This document shows positions 19,434 to 29,568 of a DNA stretch of 64,000 nucleotides, in pieces (position 1 is the stretch's first letter; each line of letters opens with the position of its first letter). The notes under the pieces are model-generated. The model was not told where the DNA came from and ran no database searches. It saw only the letters and a program-made list of their open reading frames with translations. Made by a program: the position numbers and the translations under genes. The stretch is from contig CAWDSQ010000010.1 in assembly GCA_963804955.1 (NCBI GenBank), positions 8,570-72,569 of the forward strand, read 5' to 3'. Origin of the DNA: an uncultured delta proteobacterium (GTDB lineage Bacteria; Desulfobacterota; WTBG01; CAIYCZ01; CAIRTM01).

Positions 19434-20087
19434 TCAACTGATAGTATGATGCTTTATCACCCGGCCCTGAAGCATGAAAATGGTGTCTTCGGCGATATTG
19501 GTGGCAAGGTCGGCGATGCGCTCAAGGTTTTCGGCGATCCGCAGGATATTGATGCAGTGGCTTATGATGGAAGGATTTTCCGTCATGAAGGTGATGAGCT
19601 CACGCAAAATCTGGTTGCGCATGTCGTCGATGATGCTGTCGCGGCGGCAGACCTCCATGGCAAGCTGCGGGTCTTCGTTGATGAACGACTCAATGACATC
19701 GGCAAGCATGCCCCGCACCAGCTCGCTCATGCGCGGTATGTCGATGAAGGGCTTGATGGGCGGCACCTGTATGAGCTCCAGGGCATTTTTTGAAATATTG
19801 ACCGCATGGTCTCCCATGCGCTCTAAGGCGGCATTCATATCGTACACCACCAGGATCGTGCGCAGGTCCCTGGCCATGGGCTGAAACTGCGCTATCAGGT
19901 TGGTGCAGGCCTCATCGATATCCAGTTCGAAGCGGTTGGCCTTTGGCTCGTCCTGATCGACCAGCTCCAGCAGCAGTGTTTCATTGCGGCTTACCAGCCC
20001 CTTGACGCTTTTATCAATCATGCGTTCGATATGGGCGCTGAACTGAATAATTTCGCCTTTGAGTTCATTTAATCGTTCCGGCTGCAT
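19434..20087 (-). CDS. phoU: Phosphate signalling protein PhoU (copy 1)
   Basis: QPMARDLR, LERMGDHAVNI and LERIADLATNIAE motifs. Confidence 0.95.
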   Translation of the reverse strand: MQPERLNELKGEIIQFSAHIERMIDKSVKGLVSRNETLLLELVDQDEPKANRFELDIDEACTNLIAQFQPMARDLRTILVVYDMNAALERMGDHAVNISKNALELIQVPPIKPFIDIPRMSELVRGMLADVIESFINEDPQLAMEVCRRDSIIDDMRNQILRELITFMTENPSIISHCINILRIAENLERIADLATNIAEDTIFMLQGRVIKHHTIS

Positions 20088-20112
20088 GGTAGTTCCTTTC
20101 TTGGATTGCGCT

Positions 20113-20141
20113 GTAGGGGCTTATGGCACATACGCCCCTAC
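20113..20141. repeat. GTAG-type REP palindrome
   Basis: GTAGGGGC...GCCCCTAC. Related palindromes at 54231-54279 and 58956-58983. Confidence 0.6.
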
Positions 20142-20149
20142 AATTTGTA

Positions 20150-20908
20150 TCAACCAAATTTTCCTGACAAATATTCCTCTGTCCGTTTGTCATCGGGCAC
20201 GGTGAACAGCTTTTCCGTGGTGCCGAATTCGACAAGATCGCCCAGATACAGAAATGCGGTAAAGTCGGACACGCGGGCGGCCTGGGCAATATTGTGCGTG
20301 ACAAGCAGTATGGTTACATTGTTTTTCAGCTCGCTGATAAGCTGCTCGATATGGGCCGTGGCCTTGGGGTCAAGGGCCGATGTGGGCTCGTCCATGAGCA
20401 GAATATCGGGGTTCATGGCAAGGGCCCGGGCAATGCACAGGCGCTGCTGCTGGCCGCCGGAGAGAAATGATCCCTTACGGTGGAGCCGGTCGCGCACTTC
20501 TTCCCACAGAGCGGCTTTGCGCAGAGATTCCTCGACAATGCGGTCGCGCTCATCTCTGCGGATTTTTATGCCGTTGAGATTGTACCCGGCAACCACATTG
20601 TCATAAATGCTCATGGTCGGAAAAGGATTGGGCCGCTGAAACACCATGCCGATCTTTTTTCGCACCATGATAGGGTTCATTTTATACAGATCCTCATCAT
20701 GCAGGTAGATGCTCCCCGCAACCCCGGCATCGACGATAAGTTCATGCATGCGGTTGATGCAGCGGATGAGAGTAGTCTTCCCGCAGCCTGAAGGGCCCAT
20801 GAGCGCCGTTACCTTGTTATGCTGGACCGACAGATTAATGTCTTTGAGCACAGGGTTATCGCCGAAATGGGCGGAAAAATTCTCGACTCTTAAAACTGGA
20901 CTTTCCAT
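20150..20908 (-). CDS. pstB: Phosphate ABC transporter ATPase
   Basis: GPSGCGKT, MVFQRPNPFP, LSGGQQQRL, DEPTSALDP and VTHN, all canonical. True start is MESPVL at 20908. Confidence 0.95.
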   Translation of the reverse strand: MESPVLRVENFSAHFGDNPVLKDINLSVQHNKVTALMGPSGCGKTTLIRCINRMHELIVDAGVAGSIYLHDEDLYKMNPIMVRKKIGMVFQRPNPFPTMSIYDNVVAGYNLNGIKIRRDERDRIVEESLRKAALWEEVRDRLHRKGSFLSGGQQQRLCIARALAMNPDILLMDEPTSALDPKATAHIEQLISELKNNVTILLVTHNIAQAARVSDFTAFLYLGDLVEFGTTEKLFTVPDDKRTEEYLSGKFG

Positions 20909-21744
20909 CTCTTTGCTATCACCTTTGCAGTAAAGTTCATTCCCAGCACAAACACCACAAGCACAAGCGCTGCGCCCCAGGCTTTGGCATGCCACTCGGG
21001 ATAGGGGCTGGTGGCATAGTTGAAAATCATGAGCGGCAGGCTGTCGACAGGCTTTAGTACGTTTAAACTCATGTACGGATTGCCGAAAGCCGTAAACAGC
21101 AGGGGCGCTGTCTCGCCGGTTATGCGCGCTATGGCAAGAAGGATGCCGGTGAGAATGCCCGTGAGGCCCGACGGCACGATAATTTTGAGCACCGTGCGGG
21201 AATAGGAAACGCCCAGGGCAAGGGATGCCTCCCTGATAATATCGGGAACAAGCACCAGTGTTTCCTCGGTGGAGCGCACGATTACCGGCAGCATCATGAT
21301 GGCAAGGGCCACGCTGCCCGACAGGGCTGAAAAGGTTCCCATGCTGAGCACGACCCAGGCATAGGCCACAATACCGATGACTATGGAGGGTATGCCCTGC
21401 AGCACTTCCATGCACAGCCGCACCCCGGAGGCGATCCTGCCTGTTTTCTGCTCGGCCAGGTAAATGCCTGCCAGCACCCCCAGCGGTATGGCAATGAGGC
21501 TTGCAAGCACGATAAGCATCAGTGTGCCGGCCAGGGCATTGGCTATGCCGCCGCCGGTTTCGCCCATGGGCCGGGGAAGGGCCGTGAGAAATTCCCAGCT
21601 GATGACCCCTATGCCGTTTTTTACGATATGAAAAATGATCAGCAGAAGCGGCACGATCATGGCAAAAGACAGCAGCACCACCAGGGCCAGAAACAGGCGG
21701 TCTTTAATGATGCGCAGCCGTATGTTTAAATGTGAAGTATGCAT
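20890..21744 (-). CDS. pstA: Phosphate ABC transporter permease
   Basis: GGGIANALAGT, GIPSIVIG, REASLALG and ARITGETAPLLFTA motifs. Confidence 0.95.
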   Translation of the reverse strand: MHTSHLNIRLRIIKDRLFLALVVLLSFAMIVPLLLIIFHIVKNGIGVISWEFLTALPRPMGETGGGIANALAGTLMLIVLASLIAIPLGVLAGIYLAEQKTGRIASGVRLCMEVLQGIPSIVIGIVAYAWVVLSMGTFSALSGSVALAIMMLPVIVRSTEETLVLVPDIIREASLALGVSYSRTVLKIIVPSGLTGILTGILLAIARITGETAPLLFTAFGNPYMSLNVLKPVDSLPLMIFNYATSPYPEWHAKAWGAALVLVVFVLGMNFTAKVIAKRWKVQF

Positions 21745-21804
21745 GAGCACTGTATTTCTTTGATTGATTATATAGTCCGGCAAAGCCGTCCCGCAGGGCG
21801 GCTG

Positions 21805-22767
21805 CTACATTTTCATTCTGTGCATGATATAGCGGCCGATCAGGCTGATGACCAGCGTCACCATCATCAGCAGCAGCCCCACCTCGATGAGACAAGATAC
21901 ATAGACCGCGTCGGTGGCTTCGGCGAATTCATTGGCGATAATGCTTGCCATGGTGTTAGCGGGGCTGAAAATGCTTGTGGGCAGTATATTGGCATTGCCG
22001 ATTACCATGGTGACGGCCATGGTCTCGCCGATGGCGCGGCCGAGCGACAAAAGAACACCGGCGAAAATGCCCGACCGGGCAGAAGGCAGCACCACCTTTT
22101 TTATCATTTCATAGCGCGTGGCCCCAAGCGACAAAGCAGCCTCCTTGAGATCCGCCGGCACAAGGTTCACCACATCGCTGCTGATCGAAGCCGAATAGGG
22201 GATAATCATCACCGCAAGGATGAGGGCCGCCGTCAGAATGCCGATGCCATAGGGTATCACCCCTAACTGCATCTCCACCTGGCGCACCAGGGGCACAAGA
22301 ACAAACAGGCCCCACATGCCGAAAATAACCGAGGGTATGCCCGCCATCAGCTCAATGGCGCTTTTCAGAAATGAAGAAACAAGGCCTGCGCGGAAGTACT
22401 CGCCGAGAAAAATCGCGATGGCCAGGGAAAAGGGCAGTGATATGGCAAGAGCCAGGAACGAGGTCAGCAGCGTGCCGACCAGAAAAACCAGGGACCCGTA
22501 TTCTTTGAAGACCGGGTCCCAGGTGGTGCCGGTAAAAAAGGTAAATCCTGTCGCCTTCATGGCCGGCAGCGAATCGATCACCAGGGTCACGAAGATGCCG
22601 GCAAGCAGCAGGAGCATAAGCACGCCCACGGCTTTGAGAACTGTTTTAAAAATCGAATCAAACGATACTTTGATCATATGCCTGTCTGCAGTTTGCACCT
22701 GTTGATCCCGAAGCAAAAGTCCCGCCATCTCGGGCGGTGAGGGTGCTTCAGCTGTTGTCCGGTCCAT
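21805..22767 (-). CDS. pstC: Phosphate ABC transporter permease
   Basis: ELMAGIPSVIFGMWG, LGRAIGETMAVTMVIGN and IANEFAEA motifs. The start may be at 22677. Confidence 0.95.
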   Translation of the reverse strand: MDRTTAEAPSPPEMAGLLLRDQQVQTADRHMIKVSFDSIFKTVLKAVGVLMLLLLAGIFVTLVIDSLPAMKATGFTFFTGTTWDPVFKEYGSLVFLVGTLLTSFLALAISLPFSLAIAIFLGEYFRAGLVSSFLKSAIELMAGIPSVIFGMWGLFVLVPLVRQVEMQLGVIPYGIGILTAALILAVMIIPYSASISSDVVNLVPADLKEAALSLGATRYEMIKKVVLPSARSGIFAGVLLSLGRAIGETMAVTMVIGNANILPTSIFSPANTMASIIANEFAEATDAVYVSCLIEVGLLLMMVTLVISLIGRYIMHRMKM

Positions 22768-22849
22768 TCTTGTTCGCCATGTATGCTTGCTGCTGTTGTG
22801 CGGCAGTAATTTTTGCCGTCATGTCAGCCGCAATTGTTTACGCCAGAAT

Positions 22850-22967
22850 TGATGGTTCCGTAAAAGTCCGAAACTGTCCCTGAACGAAGTGAAGGGTCCG
22901 AAATATGTAAACCAGATTCTTCGCTTCAGCGACAAAATAGTGCTTTTTGACTTTCACGAGAGCATCA
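22850..22967. mobile_element. MITE (family B) inserted between pstS and pstC
   Basis: Imperfect TIRs TGATGGTTCCGTAAAAGTC / GACTTTCACGAGAGCATCA, flanked by the 4-bp direct repeat GAAT (22846-22849 and 22968-22971). Confidence 0.7.
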
Positions 22968-23054
22968 GAATCTGCTTCATAAAACGCAAGTTCCGAAGCG
23001 CGGCCGACAGTTCAAGGGCGTTTTGAGGCGCCGCGCTCCGGCATGCCTGCCGTG

Positions 23055-24107
23055 CTACTGCACTATCGCAGCTCCGTCATAGGTGGCTGACTTTAAAATC
23101 GCCTCAGCCTTTTTAACTGCTTCAGCCGGCAGCGGCGCATAGTCAAGGCCCTCTGCAAGCTGCTGGCCCTCATGCAGAATCCATCCCAGGAGATTTACAA
23201 GATCCGCGGCCTTTTCTTTTGAGCGTCCGGCATAGTTCTGTTCTTTGTAAAACACCAGCCAGGTAAAGCCTGAAATCGGGTAGCCGTCTTTGGCTGCAGT
23301 GTTGACGATGCTCACGCGCGTGTCATCGGGAATGGCCACGCCTGCGGCGGCGGTGACCGATTTCATGGAAGGCTTAATGAAAACGCCCGACTTGTTTTTG
23401 ACATCGGCATAGGGCATTTTGTTCTGCACCGCATAAATAAGCTCAACATAGCCGATAGCGCCGGGCACCTGCTTCACAAGGCCTGCCACACCGGGATTGC
23501 CTTTGGCGCCAAGGCCGTTCGGCCAGTTGAGCGACTTGCCCGCGCCCACGCGCTCTTTCCATTCGGCGCTGACCGTGCTCAGATAATCGCTGAAAATAGC
23601 CGTGGTGCCGCTGCCGTCTGAGCGATGCACGGTGGCGATATTCATGTCGGGCAGCAGCATGCCCGGATTGACATGTCAACGATGCGCTTGTCATTCCATT
23701 TTTCAATTCTGCCGAGGAATATATCAACGATCAGGTTCGAGGTCAGTTTGATTGCCGGATCGCCGGGTACATTATAGGTAATGACCACGGCGCCAAGGCA
23801 GGTGGGAATATGCAGAATGGGGGCCCCGGCTTCCGCCATTTCCTTGTCTTTCATGCAATCGTCAGTGCCGCCGAAATCAACGGTCTTGGCCTTCAGCTGC
23901 TGAATGCCGCCGCCCGAGCCGATGGCCTGATAATTGACCTTAACGCCTTTTTCCTGGTTGTAGGTGTCAAACAGCTTGGAGTAGATACGGGAACGGGAAG
24001 GTCGCGCCTGCTCCCAAAAGCTCTTTGGCCTCGGCCCGCGCACCAGGCAGCAAAGCTGCGGCCAGGGCGAACAAAAGCGTGATCACGGTGAGCGCTGCTT
24101 TTTTCAT
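23055..24107 (-). CDS. pstS: Phosphate-binding protein PstS (several frameshifts)
   Basis: Signal peptide MKKAAL from 24107; VNYQAIGSGGGI, VHRSDGSGTT, GAKGNPGVAG and YPISGFTW motifs. Confidence 0.92.
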
Positions 24108-24130
24108 GAGAGTCTCCTTCTCTGGTATTG

Positions 24131-25429
24131 TTAAAATTTAAAATTCAGATCAAGCTGCACCTTTTCCTCGTCGAGGCTCGGGCCGCTGATCTTTTTGGTG
24201 TTGAAGTAGCTCGCGCAAAAATCAATATGTTCGAACAGGCCGTAGGTGAGCGATGATTTATAGCCCTTCACATTTGTCTGGCCGTCATAGGTGTCGGCAT
24301 CGGGCAGAATATCCGGCCAGGCATCGCGCTCGAGTTTTTCATACCGGGTCATGAACTGCCAGTCATGCCGTTTTTTGATCTTTTCCGAGCCGAATTTGAC
24401 GCCCACGAGATACCCTGTGTCGTCGCTGCCTGTCGAGTTGTTCTTGACCGCGTCGCCGAACAGGGCGATAAACGGCATGCGGGCAAAAGCGGTTTTGTAG
24501 CCGAGTTCGCCGCTCAGGGCCAGGGCGTCATAGTCATATTTTAGCGTATTTTTGAACTTGCGGGTCGTATTTGTTTTGCTGGAATAGTCCACATCAGACT
24601 GCTTTTGACCCTTGTAATTGTCGAACCGGTACATGGCCACGGCGTTTTTGAAGTACATATTGCGGAACTTTATCTTGGATCCGGGCTGTATGACATACAT
24701 GGACGGATCGTTTTCATCGCCGCTGCGCTCGTCGATCATGAAAAAGCCCGTATTCATGAACAGGTCGACATCCGGATTGAGCGCGTGCGTGAACTGGGCC
24801 GCAGCGCCTTCGGGCCGGATATCGGTATCAAAGAGCAGGTCCGAAGGGCAGAACAGCGGGTTTTCGAACTTGCCGCCGATGAGTGAGAGCCAGCTCCAGG
24901 GCTTGTAGCGGGCATAGGCATAATCAAGGCGGATGTCGCCGCGCTCGAAGGAATTGTCCATGGTCTCATTGGTCGAGCGAGGGTCTGAAGAGCCGCTGGC
25001 AAGGCCGAAGCCAACCTCGATCTGGTCATTGATCTGGGTTACGACACCCAGGCGCAGGCGGTAGCGGCCGCGGTTGCGGTCGGCGGTATCGTCGCGCTCG
25101 GTTGATTCATAGCGAAGCCGCAGGTCTCCCTTGAGCTGCATCTTGCGCACCCAGGCGGGCAGGGCATCGGCAAACATTTTCGGGTCTTTTTTTATTTCAT
25201 TGCGCACGGCTTCTTTGGCGCCTTTGATTATTTCGGCGCGCTCCTGGTCTTTTTCCTGCCAGGCAGCCTCCTTGACTTCCTTCAGCACATCTTCAGCGTC
25301 GCTTTTTGATAGAATTCCTTTTTTCACCAGTTTTTCCACCAGAATATCAACCTCGCCGGCCTGCGCCGGAGAGGCGAACAAGCCTGCGGCCAGGGCGCAA
25401 CAGGCAATCATCAGCAGTAACCGTTTCAT
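24131..25429 (-). CDS. Putative outer-membrane porin in the pst operon
   Basis: Signal peptide, LVEKLVKKGIL N-terminal helix, KGDLRLRYE, C-terminal QLDLNFKF. Confidence 0.85.
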   Translation of the reverse strand: MKRLLLMIACCALAAGLFASPAQAGEVDILVEKLVKKGILSKSDAEDVLKEVKEAAWQEKDQERAEIIKGAKEAVRNEIKKDPKMFADALPAWVRKMQLKGDLRLRYESTERDDTADRNRGRYRLRLGVVTQINDQIEVGFGLASGSSDPRSTNETMDNSFERGDIRLDYAYARYKPWSWLSLIGGKFENPLFCPSDLLFDTDIRPEGAAAQFTHALNPDVDLFMNTGFFMIDERSGDENDPSMYVIQPGSKIKFRNMYFKNAVAMYRFDNYKGQKQSDVDYSSKTNTTRKFKNTLKYDYDALALSGELGYKTAFARMPFIALFGDAVKNNSTGSDDTGYLVGVKFGSEKIKKRHDWQFMTRYEKLERDAWPDILPDADTYDGQTNVKGYKSSLTYGLFEHIDFCASYFNTKKISGPSLDEEKVQLDLNFKF

Positions 25430-25454
25430 AGAGCCTCCTTTCCTGTGCGGCATA

Positions 25455-25923
25455 TTACTTGGCCACTGCCCAGCTGAAGGTTATGGAAAACTGCGCCGGC
25501 AGCAGGACATCGCCGTCGATGTTTTTGATATATGCTCCCACCAGCACCAATCCGTAGGCAGCGCTCATTTTCACGGTTTTTGTGATTGAAAGGGGGGCTG
25601 CTGTTTTCATATTGATAAACACGGGCTTGCCGCCCAGGGGGTAGGCAAGGCCTATCAGGCTGAACTCGAACACCGCGCCGAAATCTTTGGTTACCGTTGG
25701 CTTGAGCGTTATGGTCAGATCTCCCAGTTTGGTTTCATTGTCGCCCGTGCCGATGACCAGATAAGGTCTCGATGGGTTTGAGTCTGCGGCTGTCGAACTC
25801 GTCGTACAGCATGAACTCGCGAATCGTGCCTTCACCGGGCGACAGTGTCAGCAGGCTTGCAGCCTGCGCTGTACCGGCAAGGCCCATTGCCAGAACAAGG
25901 GTTAATAAAACAGTTTTTACCAT
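25455..25923 (-). CDS. Hypothetical secreted protein, first gene of the pst operon (frameshift near 25765)
   Basis: Signal peptide MVKTVLLTLVLAMGLAGTAQA joins in another frame to ...AQFSITFSWAVAK. Confidence 0.65.
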
Positions 25924-26003
25924 TCCCCTTTTTTCCATTTCCTTCTCCTTTTTAAGATTGAATATTAAATGCGCACTGCTCAGATGCGCACTGCTATGTG
26001 ATC

Positions 26004-26057
26004 ATTTTATCCGCCGAGTGTTAATATCGGTTAATTTTTCTGTTAAGATTCGGTTAA
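26004..26057 (-). promoter_or_regulatory. Pho-box-like promoter of the porin-pstSCAB-phoU operon
   Basis: Plus-strand GTTAA at 26020, 26030, 26042 and 26053 (33 bp overall). Minus-strand -10 TAAAAT at 26009-26004. Confidence 0.8.
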
Positions 26058-26217
26058 TTTTTAAAAGACAAAAAACATAAAGCTTGACTTAACGGGCCAA
26101 AAAAATGCAGAATAACTGACAGTTTAGGCGGTTGCCGCACATGGCTATCACGGCTCACAGAGTGTCATGTTGATTCAATTTAATCCAGTAACATTCTAAC
26201 CCAGGGAGAACCGGCGT

Positions 26218-26905
26218 ATGGACGGTCATATTTACAAATCATTCGACAAAGAACTGCATGATTTAAAGGAGCGGCTGCTGCTGGTGGGCGGTCGCGTGGA
26301 GCGCGCCATACGCGATGCGATTCAAGGCCTTGGAGGAGCGCAATTCCGATATTGCCCAGAAGATCATCGCCGACGATGATTTTATCGACAGCGAAGAGAT
26401 CGAAATCGACGAGTTCTGTCTGCGCCTGCTGGCGCTGCGGCAGCCCGCCGCGCGCGACCTGCGGTTCATCACCACGGCCATAAAAATCAACTACGACCTT
26501 GAACGCATCGGCGATATGGCCGTTAATATCTCCGAGCGGGTGCTTGAATTAAATAAAGAGCCCCAGCTCAAGCCCTATATTACGCTGCCGCAGATGGCGC
26601 TGAGCGTGCAGCAGATGCTGCGCGACAGCCTCAACGCTTTTGTCAACGAAGACCCCGCAGCGGCCCTCGCCGTTGTGGATGAGGATGAAAAGGTCGATCA
26701 TGCCCTCAAGCAGATTTACCACGAGCTGGTGAACTATATGGCCAAAGACTACGGCTCCGTGCCCCGGGCCACACGGCTGCTGTTCATTTCAAAATATCTC
26801 GAGCGCATCGCCGACCATGCCGTCAACATCGCCGAACTGGTCGTGTTCATGGTTGAAGGCAAAATTCTGCGGCACCGCAAGCATCACGAGGGAGAAATCG
26901 ACTGA
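26218..26905 (+). CDS. phoU: PhoU (copy 2); frameshift near 26315
   Basis: Start MDGHIYKSFDKEL at 26218; QPAARDLRFI, LERIGDMAVNI and LERIADHAVNIAE motifs. Confidence 0.93.
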
Positions 26906-26914
26906 TGCCGAGGC

Positions 26915-27725
26915 TTGCACCATGTTTTGCTGGCAGCGCTGTGCCTGTGGGCGGCGGGCTGCGGCGGGGAATCGTCATCCCGGGCAATTTATGAGAAGCA
27001 TGTCGTCAATATAGCCGGGTCGACCTCGGTCATGCCGTTTACGGAAAAGCTCGCCGAGCATTTTATGGTCGAGCAGCCGACTTTTATCGTCAATGTGCAG
27101 TCCGGCGGCTCAACAGCAGGCATTCAGGCCTGCATGAACAAAACCGTTGGCATCGGCATGAGCTCCCGCGAGCTGAAGCCTGATGAGAAAGCGCTCAATG
27201 AAATTACGATCTGCCTTGACGGCATCGCCATGGTCGTGCATCCGGACAATCCCGTTACCAGCATGAAGCTTGCGCAGGTGCGCGATATTTTCAGCGGAAA
27301 AATAAAAAACTGGAAGGAGCTCGGCTGGCTCGACCGCCGCATCGATGCTGTGACGCGCGAGGAGGGCTCGGGCACGCGCGGGGCTTTTGAAGAACTGGTG
27401 ATGCACAAGGATCGAAATCGATGACGGCATCATGGTGCAGGACTCAAACGGCTCGGTGAAGGAAGTGGTGGCTACCGACCCCTATGCCATCGGCTATGTG
27501 TCGCTGGGCATGGTCGATACGCGCGTGTCGGCGGTCACCATCGATGACGTAAAACCCACGGTCGAAGCCATTAAAAAAAAGAAGTATAAAATCGTCCGGC
27601 CGTTTCTCTATCTCACCATGGGCACGCCGACCGGCGACGCACTGACATTTATCAACTATGTGCTGTCAAAAGACGGCCAGGTGCTTTTGAGAAAAGAAGG
27701 GCTGATACCGGTTTATGAGTTCTAA
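26915..27725 (+). CDS. pstS: Phosphate-binding lipoprotein PstS (copy 2, short type); frameshift near 27415
   Basis: Lipobox AAG-C; IAGSTSV, GGSTAGI, GMSSRELK, REEGSGTRGAF and AIGYVSLG motifs. Exact start uncertain (26905 or 26915). Confidence 0.9.
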
Positions 27726-28581
27726 TAAAGCAGTGCTCAAAGAGCGCATCATCAAGCAGATACTCACGGCGTGCGCCTTCTCGTCGCTGCTGTTCCTGTT
27801 TCTTATTTTTGCCTTCATCCTGGTCGAAGGCCTGCCGCTGTTTTACAAGGTGGGCGTCAAAAACATTGTTTTCGGCATGAAGTGGGCGCCCACCAAGGGC
27901 TTTTTCGGCATATTCCCCATGATTGTTTCATCATTTCTGGTCACCTTCGGAGCGCTGGTCATCGGCGGGCCGCTGGGCCTGGGGTGCGCGGTCTATCTTG
28001 CCGAATACGCCGGCAGGCAGCAGAAAATGTTCCTGAAGCCCGCACTGGAACTGCTGGCCGGCATTCCCTCGGTCGTGTACGGCTTTCTCGGGGTTCTCTA
28101 CATCGTGCCCTTTATCCGGCAGTTTGTCGGCGGCTCGGGCTTTTCGCTGCTTGCCACCTCCATCGTGCTCGGGATCATGATACTCCCGACGGTCATCAGC
28201 ATATCCTATGACGCGCTTATGAGCGTGCCCCGCAGCTACCGGGAAGGCGCCCTTGCCATGGGCTCAACCAAATGGCAGTCGACCTGGCGCGTGGTCATCC
28301 CGGCGGCAAAGTCGGGCATTCTTGCAAGCTGCATTCTCGGCATGGGGCGGGCGGTCGGAGAAACCATGGCCGTCATCATGGTCGCCGGCAATGCCCTGAA
28401 AATTCCCGGGGGGCTTCTGGACCCCCTGCGCACGCTTACCAGCAATATCGCCCTTGAGCTTTCCTATGCCCGCGGCGACCACCGCCTCGGGCTTTTTTCA
28501 ACCGGCGTGGTGCTGCTTTTGATCATCATGGTGCTCAACTATTTTGCCAATTTCGTCATCAGGAGGACGGTGATTAAATGA
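27715..28581 (+). CDS. pstC: Phosphate ABC permease (copy 2)
   Basis: ELLAGIPSVVYG and GRAVGETMAVIMVAGN motifs. Confidence 0.93.
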   Translation: MSSNKAVLKERIIKQILTACAFSSLLFLFLIFAFILVEGLPLFYKVGVKNIVFGMKWAPTKGFFGIFPMIVSSFLVTFGALVIGGPLGLGCAVYLAEYAGRQQKMFLKPALELLAGIPSVVYGFLGVLYIVPFIRQFVGGSGFSLLATSIVLGIMILPTVISISYDALMSVPRSYREGALAMGSTKWQSTWRVVIPAAKSGILASCILGMGRAVGETMAVIMVAGNALKIPGGLLDPLRTLTSNIALELSYARGDHRLGLFSTGVVLLLIIMVLNYFANFVIRRTVIK

Positions 28582-29414
28582 GGGTCAATCCGCGCCTTAC
28601 CGACACACTGGTCAGACATTTACTCAACATGCAGGCATACTTCACGGTCGGCATCCTGGTGATCATTGTGTTCATCATTTTCATCAAGGGTATCTCCAAC
28701 TGCAGCCTGAGCTTCATGCTGACCTACCCCGAGGACATGGGCCGCCACGGCGGGGTTTTCCCCGCCATCGTCGGCACGATTTTTCTGGTGGCGCTGTCCA
28801 TTTTATTTGCAACGCCCCTGGGGCTCGGCACGGCCATCTTTCTTACGGAATACACGAAGGAGTCGCGCCTCACGACCATCATCCGCTTCGGCGTGGAATC
28901 GCTGGCCGGCATCCCCTCAATCATTTACGGCCTGTTCGGCTTTATTTTTTTCGTCATCAAGCTCGAGATGGGCTGGTCGCTGCTTGCGGGCGCGCTGACC
29001 ATGACCATTATGATTCTGCCCACCATCATACGCACCAGCGAAGAGGCCATTAAAGCGGTGCCGAAAAATCTGCGCATCGTCAGCCATTCGCTCGGGGCCA
29101 CCAAGTGGGAAACAACCGTGAAGGTGGTGCTGCCGTCGGCGGCGCCCGGCATTCTCACGGGCATCATGCTCAGCATCGGCAGGGCGGTCGGCGAGACCGC
29201 AGCGGTCATTTTCACCATGGGCAGCTCGCTGCGCCTGCCCACATCCCTTATGGAATCGGGCCGCACCATGGCGGTTCACTTCTATATTCTGGCGCGCGAG
29301 GGCATATCCATGGAAAAGGCCTATGCAACGGCCCTGGTGCTGGTGGTGAGCATTCTGGCAATCAATATTTTCGCCTATTATATGATGAACAAAGTTACGG
29401 CGAAGTATTCGTAA
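28578..29414 (+). CDS. pstA: Phosphate ABC permease (copy 2)
   Basis: GGVFPAIVGT, LAGIPSIIYGLFG and GRAVGETAA motifs. Confidence 0.93.
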   Translation: MRVNPRLTDTLVRHLLNMQAYFTVGILVIIVFIIFIKGISNCSLSFMLTYPEDMGRHGGVFPAIVGTIFLVALSILFATPLGLGTAIFLTEYTKESRLTTIIRFGVESLAGIPSIIYGLFGFIFFVIKLEMGWSLLAGALTMTIMILPTIIRTSEEAIKAVPKNLRIVSHSLGATKWETTVKVVLPSAAPGILTGIMLSIGRAVGETAAVIFTMGSSLRLPTSLMESGRTMAVHFYILAREGISMEKAYATALVLVVSILAINIFAYYMMNKVTAKYS

Positions 29415-29419
29415 AAGGC

Positions 29420-29548
29420 AGGAGTCAGAATTCAGAAGCCAGAAGCCAGAATGAAAGGCGTATAGAGGCTTCCAGGCAATCAGAATATAAAATATTTTTT
29501 GCTGTTTTGTTATTCATGCTGAATTCTGACTTCTGAATTCCGGCTTCT
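29420..29548. repeat. Inverted arrays of heptamer-like CAGAATT/CAGAAGC repeats
   Basis: AGGAGTCAGAATTCAGAAGCCAGAAGCCAGAATGAA...TTCATGCTGAATTCTGACTTCTGAATTCCGGCTTCT. Related element at 31186-31296. Confidence 0.65.
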
Positions 29549-29568
29549 TTGCTCAAGGACTTTCATGT

